From: Octopus sinensis
Lineage: Eukaryota
Length of the DNA stretch: 64,000 bases
Reading direction: 5' to 3'
Assembly: GCF_006345805.1 (NCBI RefSeq)
Contig: NC_043013.1
Location: 8,556,001-8,620,000 of the forward strand
Shown here in pieces: positions 37,664-50,640 of the stretch. How positions within the stretch are numbered: position 1 is the first letter of the stretch; every line of letters starts with the position of its first letter. A model generated the notes under the pieces. That model was not told where the DNA came from, did not search any database, and was given only the letters and a program-made list of their open reading frames with translations. Made by a program: the position numbers and the translations under genes.

Positions 37664-38231
37664 CAGTGCTTTTCAACCATTTTTTAAACCTTTATACCCC
37701 CTTTTCATTATTATTCTATTTTGGTGACCCCCCAAAGCCATTTGGTGTTTAACCCTTTAGTATTCAGATTTACTCTGTCAAATGTAAAGCCTGTTTAATT
37801 ACATTGTTTTAAATTAATTGTACAGCATCTTGTAACTCTGAGATTTTGATGATGTCCCTGTTTAATTTTAGAATGACTTTGTAGGGTAGGTGTGAGAGGT
37901 CAGAGCTGGCTGGTTTGAGCATAAAACAGGAAGGCAATTTTGGCCTGATATGGCCGGTTTAAACACTAAAGGGTTAAAGACCAGCTTTATAAATGCTTCT
38001 TTCAAAATTCCTAATTTGTCTTTCACACATTGGCTTGTGTAGGTTGAACTATGTTAAATGTCAGAGAAAGAAACCAAGCTTTTTCTTGCAATAAATACAT
38101 CCAAGATAACATTTCTTCATGGACCCTTAAAATACTACTGTAGATTCCAGTTTACTATTTTGCTTGCGCAGACCCCCAAAAGTCTTACATGAAACTCCAG
38201 GGGTCACATGGACCTCTGTTGAGAACCACTG
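37664..38231. mobile_element. hAT-type MITE
   Basis: CAGTGCTTTTCAACC ... TGTTGAGAACCACTG. Related to 28607-29595; the right end recurs at ~50690-50795. Confidence 0.7.
37753..37973. mobile_element. piggyBac-like MITE
   Basis: TTAA|CCCTTTAGTATTCA ... TAAACACTAAAGGG|TTAA. Confidence 0.82.
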
Positions 38232-38547
38232 GTGATGGCAGTCTTTTGAATGGTTTCTTCCGTTCTTTTGGATATCATTTGACAACTGCAAGAGTACACC
38301 AGTTGCCTTTGAACTTTGCGGCATGTCTAACCCAGCGGAACTTGCACTTTCACTATTACGCGATCACATCGTTCGCTCCACTCCGTTCTTGAATAACTTC
38401 ACTTCGGATATGCTTCTGAAATGATATACTTTGCTTGGATCTTCCGATAGTCCTTTATTGTGGCCAGTCGTTGTTCTTCTTTCTTCATCGTAGCCCACTT
38501 CTCACTTACATATAAAAGCGCAGGTCGGACTACGTTATTCAAGATTG

Positions 38548-38982
38548 GGATCTTTTCGGTTTGAACGGCAGTTTTTAAAAATAATTTCCACCTAACTAAA
38601 CACTTTTAAACTTCGTATACTGGTTGAATGTGTTTATAAAACATCTTTTTCTCTTGGCTTTATTAAGAAAATTCTATGGTTTGTAAGATATTTGTTGTTG
38701 TTTTTCTTCAATTTCTGAAATTTCAACCAATCAATGACGTCTATTGAGGTGAAAACATTCTATGCCGTATGAAAATGTCCCTCGTTTAAGAAACAGATTG
38801 GGTTTATTTACATTTGTGAAGAAAAAAAGATACCCTTCCCCCCACCCCTAACCCTAACCCTAACTCTAACCCTAACCCTAAAACAGATTGAAATGCAATA
38901 GATCGATATTAGGGTCATAATTATGGGTGACAATTTCATATGACACCGCTAGAAAAAACTGCCGTTCAAACCGAAAAGATCC
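38548..38982 (+). mobile_element. MITE with 29-bp GG-starting TIRs and 8-bp TSD (Merlin-like), internal (CCCTAA)n
   Basis: TIR GGATCTTTTCGGTTTGAACGGCAGTTTTT; TSD CAAGATTG (38540-38547, 38983-38990). Confidence 0.9.
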
Positions 38983-39189
38983 CAAGATTGGCTCGTAGTA
39001 TATAATTCGATCGTGCTTTGAGCACAAATTTAATCAAGACAAACGCCCTTCATCTTACTCTAACTCTACACCAGATTTCAGTGTTCATGTCGTCTTCACG
39101 TACTCCTTTACTTCTTCCGTATCATCATTTCCCACCATTTGGCCAATTGACACAAGACTAAATTGTCAATATGCTATAAATATATATAG

Positions 39190-39377
39190 TCGTTTGACTG
39201 CGGCCATGCTGGAGCACCGCATTTAGTCGAGCAAATCGACCCCGGGACTTATTCTTTGTAAGCCTAGTACTTAGTCTATCGGTCTCTTTTTGCCGAACCG
39301 CTATGTTCGTCACGGAGACGCAAACACACAGCATCGGTTGTCAAGCGATGTAGGGGGGACAAACACAGACACACAAG

Positions 39378-39468
<91 letters not shown>
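39190..39468 (-). mobile_element. SINE A 3' half ending in (CA)n(TA)n
   Basis: Family A tail. Confidence 0.8.
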
Positions 39469-39469
<1 letters not shown>

Positions 39470-40467
39470 AGGTCTTTCCCTTGTTCTTTTTTCAGATGAG
39501 TTTTATTATTTATTTTATAACTGTTTTTTTCTCATTAGTGGTATAAATTCAATTAGTTTACAGTTATTTTCGGTTTACTAGATTAACTATGTTAATCAGT
39601 ACTTAACTATGTTCTTCGTGCAGAGGCACCCCTGGAAAGTTTTCTACCACTATTACACTAAATTGCCTAATCAGTACATTATTGCTCCATCCTCACAGAT
39701 GTTTACCGTTTCATTGAGCTTCCTCCTTTCCGTTGTTGTCAGTGGCATTTCTGATTTTCCATCCATGGCCTCTCAGATGACTATTCAGTGACAGATCTAC
39801 ATGGTTTAAAGCATAGATGACAGACGAAATTTGTAACTTACTATGTTTCCAACTGGTTTCGTTTGCACACGTTACCATTCTTCTGTCGCCATTGGACTTT
39901 CAGTAGATGGGACGACACATGTGGTCATCATAAAAAAATATCTGTACATAACTGGATTATAAGGATAAATCCCTGTACCAATACGAGTACCACTCTCTGA
40001 GTATCCGTGATTAGGACCTAATAATTGGCCGAAGCGAGATGACCCCTAATCACGTAAAGCTGCGGGTTTTTACATTAGAGTGTCCTCGTAAAAGGATACT
40101 GTGACAACACCTGTAGATTTCTCGCTCCCCCTGGTTTTACTACATGTCCTGACTCCAACAAAGAGTATTTCTTATTTCTTTATTGCCCACATGGGGCTAA
40201 ACATAGAGAGGACAAACAATGACAGACAAAGGGATTAAGTCGATCACATCGACCCCGAGTATTTCTCTGCGTCTCTGCGCTCAGATGGAATATCATCATA
40301 AATACTAAGTAGGCTATGACTGGGACCCTCAGAGGTGCTACTACTCTTGGTGGGAGTAGAGCTGGGAACAATACTGGCTAAGAAGAGGTACCACGCTTCT
40401 CAAATTCCTTGAATTCCCGAACCAGAGCCCCACTACCGAATGCAGCTTAAAGTCATAACTAGAACGG

Positions 40468-40888
40468 GTATACATGCATTCACACACACACATACAAGCA
40501 TACATACATACATACACGCATACACTCACATGCACATATACATACGTACACACACACATACACACACACGCACATATATAAATGTATGTATATATATTTA
40601 TATATGTATTTATATATACTTTATTATTAATCACTGAAGTTACACTAGTTCTTGTATCACCTGACCAACATATATGGGTGTGTGTGTATGTATGTATATT
40701 TGTGTGTATATATATACAAACACACGCACACGTATATATATATACATACATACATGTGTGCGTATGCATATATATATATATATATGTGTGTGTGTTTATA
40801 TATACATATACATGTGTGTATATATATATGTGTGTATTTGTGTATGTGTGTGTGCGTTCATATCTGTGAGTATGTATGTGTGTGTGTA

Positions 40889-40920
<32 letters not shown>

Positions 40921-40925
40921 TGTGT
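40468..40925. repeat. CA/TA/TG compound microsatellite
   Basis: Direct inspection. Confidence 0.9.
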
Positions 40926-41059
40926 TTTATTTGGCATGCAGTATTCAGACACCTGGTAATTTTCCAGGAGGACACTCATATATAATAAAATTTATTGTAC
41001 TGAAATACAGGCAACAACGAATACAAAGAACTCAATATTAGAAGTAAAGTAATATAAAT

Positions 41060-41430
41060 TCTTTTATTCTTTTCTTTTTATTCTTTTACTTGTTTCTGTC
41101 ACTTGACTGCGACCATGCTGGAGCACCGCCTTCAGTCGAGCAAATCGACCCCAGGACTTATTCTTTGTAAGCCTAGTACTTACTCGAACCGCTAAGATAC
41201 GGGGACGTAAACACACCAGCATCGGCTGTCAAGCGATGTTGGGGAGACAAACACAGACACACAAACATATACACACACATACATATATATACATACATAT
41301 ATACGACGGGCTTCTTTCAGTTTCCGTCTACCAAATCCACTCACAAGGCTTTGGTCGGCCGGAGGCTATAGTAAAGGACACTTGCCCATGGTGCCACGCA
41401 GTGGGAATGAATCCGGAAGCATGTGGTTCG
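41060..41430 (-). mobile_element. SINE A
   Basis: Family A consensus, head truncated. Confidence 0.85.
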
Positions 41431-41559
41431 TGTGATTTTTATATGATGGAGAAAAAAAAAGTTAATCATTATATTTCTGGAAGATATAACCGGTTAGGAG
41501 AAATAAGTTTCATTGATAACTTCAGCCGTCTGGTGTTATAAAGGGCTTAAATTATATTA

Positions 41560-42930
41560 GTGTTTTAAAGAGATTATGCTGAAAAGGATAAGCTAATTCC
41601 GCGTGGAAATTATGAAGAACGGAGGCTGGAAAATAAAATTTCAAAAGATTCTCACATACAGAATAGCAGGGCTTACTCTTTTACTTGTTTCAGTCATTTG
41701 ACTGCGGCCATGCTGGAGCACCACCTTTTAGTCGAGCAAATCGACCCCGGGACTTATTCTTTGTAAGCCCAGTACTTATTCTATCGGTCTCTTTTTGCCG
41801 AACCGCTAAGTGACTGGGACGTAAACACACCAGCATCGGTTGTCAAGCAATGCTAGGGGAACAAACACAGACACACAAACACACACAGACACACAAACAC
41901 ACACATATACATATATATATACATATATACGACAGGCTTCTTTCAGTTTCCGTCTACCAAATCCACTCACAAGGCATTGGTCAGCCCGGGGCTATAGCAG
42001 AAGACACTTGCCCAAGGTGCCACGCAGTGGGACTGAACCCGGAACCATGTAGTTGGTTAGCAAGCTACTTAGCACACAGCCACTCCGGCGCCTGTTAGAA
42101 TTCTCCATCTCTTGTCATAGCATTTGGGTATCTAAGATTTCATATAAATTGAGAGTAACTGGTATCTGCGCTTCTAATTTTATGGCGAAAATTGTTCAGA
42201 TATTGATCGTAGTGTAATTTGAAACCATTAGAAGTTAACTTGATGAATGAACTAGAAACCGTCTGTTTTGATAGTATCAATGTAAATAAGCTCTTTTGAA
42301 GCGTGTTCACGGTTTAGTGGGCATTCATTTCAGCTAAGACAATTGCATGTCTGTGAACGTTTAGATAGGCAGAAAAAAGGCTAAGTTTGAAGCGATTCAT
42401 GTTAGATAACGTTTGTGTGAAATTACATGTCGTATCAATTTTGTTAAACAATTTGTTACACTTAAAGCGTGGATGAAGTAAATTTTACAAACGGCTCAAA
42501 AAGATTTTGGCTACCAATGTTGAATTGTGTGCCTATACAGGGTATTGAACCATGTAATACATCTCTTTTATTTTTGAGGGATTCGTAAAATGACATACAG
42601 TATATTGTAATGGAAAATCCATGTTATTTTAGTGTATAAATGTGGTATTTTGAAGTGTCTGTGAGAACTGATTCGTTGGAGAGAGGCTGGAGAAATGTAA
42701 AGACAATATTCTCAACTAGATTGTTTAATATGCTGTGTGGATGATTAGAAAGTTTGTGTATGTAGTAAAGAGAATCGTAAGGCATTCTGAAAGGTAGGAA
42801 TTAAGAGTAACTGCGAGGACGCTGAGAATTTTCAGACCGTATTCGAGCTTTCAATCCGAGTTCTTTGAAAAAATTATGTTCTTTCCCAAATATTTCTGCT
42901 TGACAGTGTTTAAAATTGCGCAGAAATATG
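41560..42930 (-). pseudogene. Decayed Naiad-type Penelope-like element (RT thumb, linker, GIY-YIG), interrupted by SINE A (41674-42093)
   Basis: FFKELGLK, YIHKLSNHPHSIL, KRCITWFN, KLFNK, TCNCLS*NECPL..LIY, FKLHY..NNFRH..TSYSQFI*NL..WRIL are collinear with Naiad-like motifs (SNHP, IWFNPP, CNC-CPL). Confidence 0.75.
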
Positions 42931-42966
42931 CGTGCATGTATGTATGTATGTATGTGTGTATGTGTG

Positions 42967-43337
42967 TGGAGGCGCAATGGCCCAGTGGTTAGAGCAGCGG
43001 ACTCGCGGTTTCGATTCCCAGACCGGGCGTTGTGAGTGTTTATTGAACGAAAACACCTAAAAGTTCCACGAGGCTCCGGCAGGAGATGGTGGTGATCCCT
43101 GCTGTACTCTTTCACCACAACTTTCTCTCACTCTTACTTCCTGTTTCTGTTGTACCTGTATTTCAAAGGGTCGGCCTTGTCACTCTCTGTGTCACGCTGA
43201 ATATCCCCGAGAACTACGTTAAGGGTGCACGTGTCTGTGGAGTGCTCAGCCACTTACACGTTAATTTCACGAGCAGGCTGTTCCGTTGATTCGGATCAAC
43301 CGGAACCCTCGTCGTCGTAACCGACGGAGTGCTTCCA
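42967..43337 (+). mobile_element. SINE family C (tRNA-Arg-like head), full length
   Basis: A and B boxes; TCG in the anticodon-like loop; near-identical to 53934-54314. Confidence 0.9.
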
Positions 43338-43341
43338 TGTA

Positions 43342-43379
<38 letters not shown>

Positions 43380-43721
43380 CGTGCGTGCGTGCGTGTGTGT
43401 GTGTGTACGTGCACACGTGTGTGTATTCGTGTATATGTGCATGAGTGCGTGTGTGTACATATGTGCATGTGTGTGTATGACGGACTTTCTGGCCAGTTTC
43501 TATCTAGCATGCTCCACTCACAAAACTTGATAGCATCCTACCCTCCAAAGATGTTAATGCAGTGGAATCAAACATGTGGGTAGCCATGCAGTCGCGACTG
43601 TCTTCATACCCATAATACCGAAAGCCGGCCACCGGAAGTGTTGTCGAGACTGCCATCAAGCGGTTGTGAAGTAAACTTCCTAACTACACAACCATGTTTG
43701 CGTATAATATACACTGTTTTT

Positions 43722-43949
43722 TTTTTTTACTCTTTTACTTGTTTCAGTCATTTGACTGCGGCCATGCTGGAGCACCACCTTTTAGTCGAGCAAATCGACC
43801 CCAGGACTTATTCTTGGTAAGCCTAGTACTTATTCTATCGGTCTCTTTTCCCGAACCGCTATGTCACGGAGACGCAAACACGCAGCATCGGTTGTCAAGC
43901 GATGTAGGGGGGACAAACACAGACACACAAGCATACACAGACACACAAA

Positions 43950-44001
<52 letters not shown>

Positions 44002-44178
44002 TATATATATATATATACATATATACGACAAGCTTCTTTCAGTTTCCGTCTACCAAATCCACTCACAAGCCTTTGGTCGGCCCGAGGCTATAGTAGAAGA
44101 CAATTACCCAAGGTGCCACGCAGTGGGACTGAACCCGGAACCATGGGGTTCGTAAGCAAGCTACTTACCACACAGCCG
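43722..44178 (-). mobile_element. SINE A
   Basis: Family A consensus. Confidence 0.9.
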
Positions 44179-44199
44179 CGTTGGTAATTTAGACACAAT

Positions 44200-44990
44200 A
44201 TTGAAGGGGGTTGGGGTGGGGGTCAGTCGATACCATCGTCCCCAATTCTTGACTGGTGCCTTATTACATTATTTTAACGACTCCGGGTGGATGAAAAACA
44301 AAGGTGACCTCGATGAGATTTGAAATCGGAACGAAAAGAGCCGGAGAAGATACCGCAAAGCGTTTTTTTTTTTTGTTCTGACGCTCTAACGATTCTCATT
44401 ACTTTATTGCCCACAAGGGGCTAAACATAGAGGGGACAAACAAGGACATACAAAGGGATTAAGTCGATTACATCGACCCCAGTACTCCACTGGTACTTAA
44501 TTTATCGACCCCGAAAGGACGAAAAGCAAAGTCGAACTCGGCGGAAGTTGAACTCAGAACGTAACGGCAGACGAAATACCTATTTCTTTACTACCCACAA
44601 GGGGCCAAACACAGAGGGGACAACCAAGGACAGACAAAAGGATTAAGTCGATTACATCGACCCCAGTGCGTAACTGGTACTTAATTTATCGACCCCGAAA
44701 GGACGAAAAGCAAAGTCGAATTCGGCGGAATTTGAACTCAGAACGTAACGGCAGACGAAATACCTATTTCTTTACTACCCACAAGGGGGCAAATACAGAG
44801 GGGACAACCAAGGACAGACAAAGGGATTAAGTCGATTACATCGACCCCAGTGCGTAACTGGTACTTATTTAATCGACCCCGAAAGGATGAAAGGCAAAGT
44901 CGACCTCGACGGAATTTGAGCTCAGAACGTAGCGGCAGACGAAATACGGCTAAGCATTTCGCCCGGCGTGCTAACGTTTCTGCCAGCCAC
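44200..44990 (-). mobile_element. Old SINE-B (44200-44398) and SINE-B trimer (44400-44990)
   Basis: Three ~181-184-bp units joined at GAAATACC|TATTTC. Confidence 0.88.
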
Positions 44991-45332
44991 CCGCAACGGG
45001 TGTATATATATAACAAAAACTATTCGCCACTATGACTACAAATTGCAGACTATGAATTTTTCCAGATTTTTCTACACAATCGGAATTTACGCGTGTAATT
45101 TTAGTTCCACTTTATAAGATACAACCATCAATCATTGTGAAATTGTTTCCTTTAATTATTTGTTATCTCAAATCCTATTTTCAGACAACATCATACATAC
45201 ATACATACATACATGCATGCATGCATACATGCACATATATATAATGTATATATATATATATAATGTATATATATATATAATGTATATATAAATGTATATA
45301 TATATATATATAATGTATATATATATAATGTA

Positions 45333-45586
45333 TGTGTTCTTGAGCAAGGCACTTTATTTCACGTTGATCCAGTTCACTCAGCTGTAGAAATGAGTTGCGA
45401 CGTCACTGGTGCCAAGCTGTATCGACCTTTGTCTTTCCCTTGGATAACACTGGTGGCGTGGAGAGGGGAGGCTGGTATGCATGGGCGACTGCTGGTCTTC
45501 CATAAACAACCTTGCCCGGACTTGTGTCTAGGAGGGTAACTTTCTAGGTGCAATCCCATGGTCATTCATGACCGAAGGGGGTCTTT
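45333..45586 (+). mobile_element. SINE family E (CORE-like), 5'-truncated
   Basis: TGTGTTCTTGAGCAAGGCACTTTATTTCACGTTG..CACTCAGCTGTAGAAATGAGT; relatives at 47035-47355, 53232-53460 and 57915-58065. Confidence 0.7.
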
Positions 45587-45713
45587 TATATATTATATAT
45601 ATATATACATATACACATATATAAATAAATGTATATATATATACATACATACATGTGTGTGTGTGTGTATACATACACACATGTGTATGTATGTATATGT
45701 GTGAGTTTGTGCG

Positions 45714-45784
<71 letters not shown>

Positions 45785-46100
45785 CATACATACATACATA
45801 CATACATACATACATACATACATACATACATACATGCGCGCGTGTGAGTGTGTGTAATCTGCATTATTTTAAGCTTCGCAAATGTAAAAAAAAAAACATG
45901 TATGATGGTTTCTGAGTGTTGATTGGTCTTTTCTTTCATTTGAATACACACTACACACACACACACGCGCGCGCACATCCCTACGTATATAAATATATAT
46001 ATTAAAAAGTCTCGATTTGAGAGAAACATAAAAAAGTATATGCATTTTTTCTATGTCTTTGATGTGCATGTGTACGCGCGTGTGTATGTATGTACCTGTA

Positions 46101-46167
<67 letters not shown>

Positions 46168-46258
46168 ATCCTAACTTGTGAGATTTTGAGTGTTAAGCAT
46201 GCTTTAGATTAAATCGGTCGAAATGTGTAGCATTCAAAACATATATCTCTTAAATCTA

Positions 46259-46490
46259 AGGCGGCGAGCTGGCTGAATCGTTAGCACGACGGGCGGAATG
46301 CTTAGCGGTATTTCGTCGGCCGCTACGTTCTGAGTTCAAATTCCGCCGAGGTCGACTTTGCCTTTCATCCTTTCGGGGTCGATTAAATAAGTACCAGTTA
46401 CGCACTGGGGTCGATTGAATCGACTTAATCCGTTTGTCTGTCCTTGTTTGTCCTCTCTGTGTTTAGCCCCTTGTGGTTAGTGAAGAAATT
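46259..46490 (+). mobile_element. SINE-B monomer
   Basis: Full consensus; a head fragment also occurs at 46883-46979. Confidence 0.9.
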
Positions 46491-46677
46491 TATATCTCTA
46501 AATCCTTTTATAAATTCGTCTAGTTTGCTTCTTTTATCTTTTCTTTTTTTTTACCGTAGAGTTGGGTCGCCCACTACTTGTTAGGCGCTCATAAATTAGT
46601 TCGGTAGTCGGTCTCTGATTGGCTGTATGCAAAGGAGTTCACAACTGGGGTCAGGAACTCTTGTGGGAAAAAAAATA

Positions 46678-46845
46678 CGCGGCCGGCTCAAGGTACCGGC
46701 AACGTAGGTAGTCGCCCGGGGCGCCATGTGCTTTTTAGTGTACATTTTCAATTTTTGCGCGTGTGAAAGTTTTAAAAAAATCATACTTGTTAGGGTGCCG
46801 AAGTTCTGCTTATCCGGGGCGCCAACAACCCTAGGGCCGGCCCTG
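46678..46845. mobile_element. hAT-like MITE (CAGGGCCGGC-type ends)
   Basis: Right end AGGGCCGGCCCTG, left end CGCGGCCGGCTC, internal CCGGGGCGCC repeats; no clear TSD. Confidence 0.55.
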
Positions 46846-47085
46846 TGTCCAGAATCGATTAAATAAAATCCAAGTCAAATAAAGCGGCGAGCTGGCAGAA
46901 ACGTTAGCACGCCGGGCGAAATGCGTAGCCGTATTTCGTCTGCCGTTACGTTCTGAGTTCAAATTCCGTCGAGGTCGACGAGCAGACCAACATTCCACAT
47001 GATCGGAAGGCTACTTTGTTGCAGGGTTACACATTTACAACTGGGTGGACTGGAGCAACGTGAAATGAAAAGCTTTGCTCTAGAA

Positions 47086-47269
47086 CAGTGCTCCACAACC
47101 GGATACAGCGGCACACTTGTGTGCCTCGAGACGATGCTAGATGTGTCGCACCGTAACCAGAATATGATTTATTTCCCTATACGTTTAGTTATATTTTTAG
47201 TTCATGTGTGCCGCTAAATTTTGAAAAGAAAATAAGTGTGCCGCAAGCGAAAAATGTTGCAGAGCTCTG
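47086..47269. mobile_element. hAT (Charlie-like) MITE inside SINE E
   Basis: CAGTGCTCCACAAC / GTTGCAGAGCTCTG; TSD CTCTAGAA/CTGTAGAA. Confidence 0.8.
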
Positions 47270-47383
47270 CTGTAGAACACAATGCGCCACTCAGTCCAGG
47301 AATCGAACCCACGATCGCGAGTACAATGCCCTAACCACTTGGCCACGTGACTTCACTATTGCTTTAGGAAAAAGGAAGGACAC

Positions 47384-47567
47384 CAGTGGCATAGATAGAG
47401 TGTGTTGCTGCCCGGGGCAGTCACTGAGCTTGCACCTCCACCCTGATCTCCGCCAAGTTTAAACGGTGGGCCTCAAAGTGCTTGACCCTATAAAAGTGTT
47501 ACCCGGGTCGGACTGCAACCCGCATGCCATCGCCACTTCATTCCCCATCACGCTAGCTATGTCAATG
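47384..47567. mobile_element. hAT-type MITE
   Basis: CAGTGGCATAGATAG / CTAGCTATGTCAATG; TSD AAGGACAC/AAGGAGAC. Confidence 0.78.
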
Positions 47568-47705
47568 AAGGAGACATTGGATAGAATTGCTTTTATCACA
47601 AGAAAAGAAATAAAACCTTTGTCTCGTTTGATAGGAACGCATTGTCTGCTCGATCAAGATTGACCAGGGAGGGTCCAAACAACAGCGATAACAACAACAG
47701 TTACA

Positions 47706-47865
47706 GTGGAGGCGCAATGGCCCAGTGGTTAGGGCTGCGGACTCGCGGTCATAAGAACGCGGTTTCGATTCCCAGACCGGGCATTGTGAGTGTTTATTGA
47801 GCAAAAACACCTAAGCTCCACGAGTATCTGGCGCAACTTTCTCTCGCTCTTTCTTCCTACTTCTG
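47706..47865 (+). mobile_element. SINE C head fragment
   Basis: tRNA-like head matches family C. Confidence 0.8.
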
Positions 47866-49291
47866 TCACAAAGCAGAAGAACCGTGGTGTAACCCACTAT
47901 GGTGTGGTAAACTTTCAGACCCAAGTCTAGATTGTGAATCCTCTGTACCCCAGGATGGTTCAGCTCTCTCTCCGTTAAAAGTCACCGTTTACGGAATGAG
48001 GATAACAACGTAGCTTTCGCACCTGTGCAACCGCCAGTCTATCGCGTGTAGTAGGTGGACCTTCAAGTTGCCGCACGCATTCTTAGTAGCTTAGAGTAGG
48101 CTCGAATTAGAGATTATTCTTTGTGGCTAATGGCGTGAGTCCTGATTGGAAGAAGACGTAGAAGACAACAACAGCAACTGGAACAAATCTTCGGGCAGAG
48201 CATGGTTATGTTTTTGCCCCTTCTCTAAAATATTTGGATATTATATTAATGTAATAAAACTAACATCATCAAAATTAGATGAATGAACAAGCGATATCTA
48301 TGGCTGAATTCAAACATCAAACCTGGCATATGCAACATTCATACATACATACTACATACATACATACATACATACATACATACATACATACATACATACA
48401 TACATACATACGTGTGTGCATGTGTGTGTAGTGTATAGGTTTGTAAATTTTAATATACACCGGATATCGGCCTCTACATATGCGTGTGTGTGTATGTGTG
48501 TGGTGATTGTATGTATGTATGTATGTATGTATGTGTTTGTACGTATGTGTGTGTGTGTGTGTGTGCGTGTGCTAGAGAGGGGGGGCAGTGGTTATATTGA
48601 TTTCTATTGTACTTAGTAACAATAACGATTTCTTTTGATGTATTTTATTGATTCACACTTATGCACACACATGCACACACATGCACACACACACACACGC
48701 AATCACACACACGCGCGCGCACACATGCATACACACGCGCACACACTTTCACGCATGTACACACACAGCCACACACACGCGCGTATACTCGCCTACACAT
48801 GTACCCACGTATACATACACATTCTCTTTCATATCCACACTTTTATTTACAGCCAAAGTATATTAGCCCAACCGCAAAAAAAAAGAGAAAGAATAAAATA
48901 GATAAAAAACAATTTTTTAAATATTAAAAAATATATATATATTCCGTGTTATTGATGTTTCTAGTTCATCTCTCAATATTCAAATATATTTAAAAATTTA
49001 TATCGGAATTTTATCCGATCTTTCATCGCTTTAATTCATTGCAATATTTTATCTTTAAACAAGAGAGCGCTGGATCGGAAGATTCGGTAGAGCGTCAGGA
49101 AAAAAAAATCCCTTACGGTATTTAGTTGCGCCCCTTTATAATATTATCTGAAATGGAATCTCGCTGAGGTCGACATTTTGTCTTTTATCTTTCCAGGATG
49201 GCTAAAATAAGAACCATTCAAATACTGAGATTCGTCTAATCGACAATTCCGTCCCCGTCGCCCCGACCTCCTGAATATGTGTGGTGATTGT

Positions 49292-49895
49292 TATTTCTTT
49301 ATTGCCCACAAGGGGCCAAACATAGAGGGGACAAACAAGGACAGACAAAGGAATCAAGTCGATTACATCGACTCCAGTGCGTAACTGGTACTTAATTTAA
49401 TCGACCCCGAAAGGATGAAAGGCAAAGTCGACCTCGGCGGAATTTGAACTCAGAACATAGCAGCTGACGAAATACCTATTTCTTTACTAGCCACAAGGGG
49501 CTAAATACAGAAAGGACAAACAAGGACAGACAAAGGAATTAGGTCGATTACATCGACCTCAGTACGTAAATGGTACTTAATTTATCGATCCCAAAAAGAT
49601 GAAAGGCAAAGTCAACCTCGGCGGAAATTGAACTCACAACGTAAAGACAGATGAAATACCTATTTCTTTACTACCCACAAGGGGCTAAATACAGAAAGGA
49701 CAAACAAGGACAGACAAACGGATTAAGTCGATTATATCGACCCCAGTGCGTAACTGGTACTTAATGTAATCGACCCAGAAAGGATGAAAGGCAAAGTCGA
49801 CCTCGGCGGAATTTGAACTCAGAACGTAACGGCAGACGAAATACAGCTACGCATTTTGCCCGGCGTGCTAACGATTGTGCCAGCTAGCCGCCTTA
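49292..49895 (-). mobile_element. SINE-B trimer
   Basis: Three units; 18-bp TSD with 2 mismatches (49274-49291, 49896-49913). Confidence 0.9.
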
Positions 49896-50261
49896 AATAT
49901 ATGTGGTCATTGTGCTTCTTAATCTTAGAAAATCAATAGTTTGTCGCTTTACACGCTTCGCTTCTTCTCGCTTCATGCTTTTTGCTTGATGGGGCTGAGG
50001 TCATATCATGTTAGTGGTCCCAGAGACATTATCCTGTGTAGAGAAGACCTCTTGAGAACTGTGGAGAAGATTTGTCGATAGCCTATGCTCTATAATGAAT
50101 GAAGGGCTTAACTAAGGAGCAGAAATCTTAACGACAACGTTGACTCCTGTGGGAGTTGAACTCAAAGCATAAAGATAAAGGTGCAAAGCTGAATACTACA
50201 ATGCGTTCAGTCGGTCGCTTTACTTTCTCAGCCACTCGCCATCTTAACCCAAAAATGCACT

Positions 50262-50640
50262 GGGCGCAGGAGTGGCTGTGTGGTAAGTAGCTTGCTTACC
50301 AACCACATGGTTCCGGGTTCAGTCCCACTGCGTGGCATTTTGGGCAAGTGTCTTCTGCTATAGCCTCGGGGCGACCAAAGCCTTGTGAGTGGATTTGGTA
50401 GACGGAAACCGAAAGAAGCGTGTTGTATATATGTATGTGTATATATATATATGTGTGTGTGTGTGTATCTGTGTTTGTCTCCCAATATCGCTTGACAACT
50501 TAGCGGTTCGGCAAAAGAGACCGATTGAATAAGTACTGGGCTTACAAAGAATAAGTCCTGGGGGTGATTTGCTCGACAAAAGGCGGTGCTCCAACATGGC
50601 CGCAGTCAAATGACTGAAACAAGTAAAAGACTGAAAGAGT
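50262..50640 (+). mobile_element. SINE A
   Basis: Family A consensus with an internal deletion. Confidence 0.9.

Noticed and set aside
38846-38881. Chromosome end or fusion scar
   Set aside because: The CCCTAA units are internal to a MITE present in three copies.
42140-42350. Selenocysteine TGA codons in the Naiad-like ORF
   Set aside because: The TGAs fall at probable Arg and Trp positions in a heavily decayed frame, not at Cys positions; no SECIS seen.
44400-44990. CRISPR-like array (also 27038-27288, 54674-54729)
   Set aside because: Contiguous tandem units without unique spacers, no cas genes, eukaryotic context.
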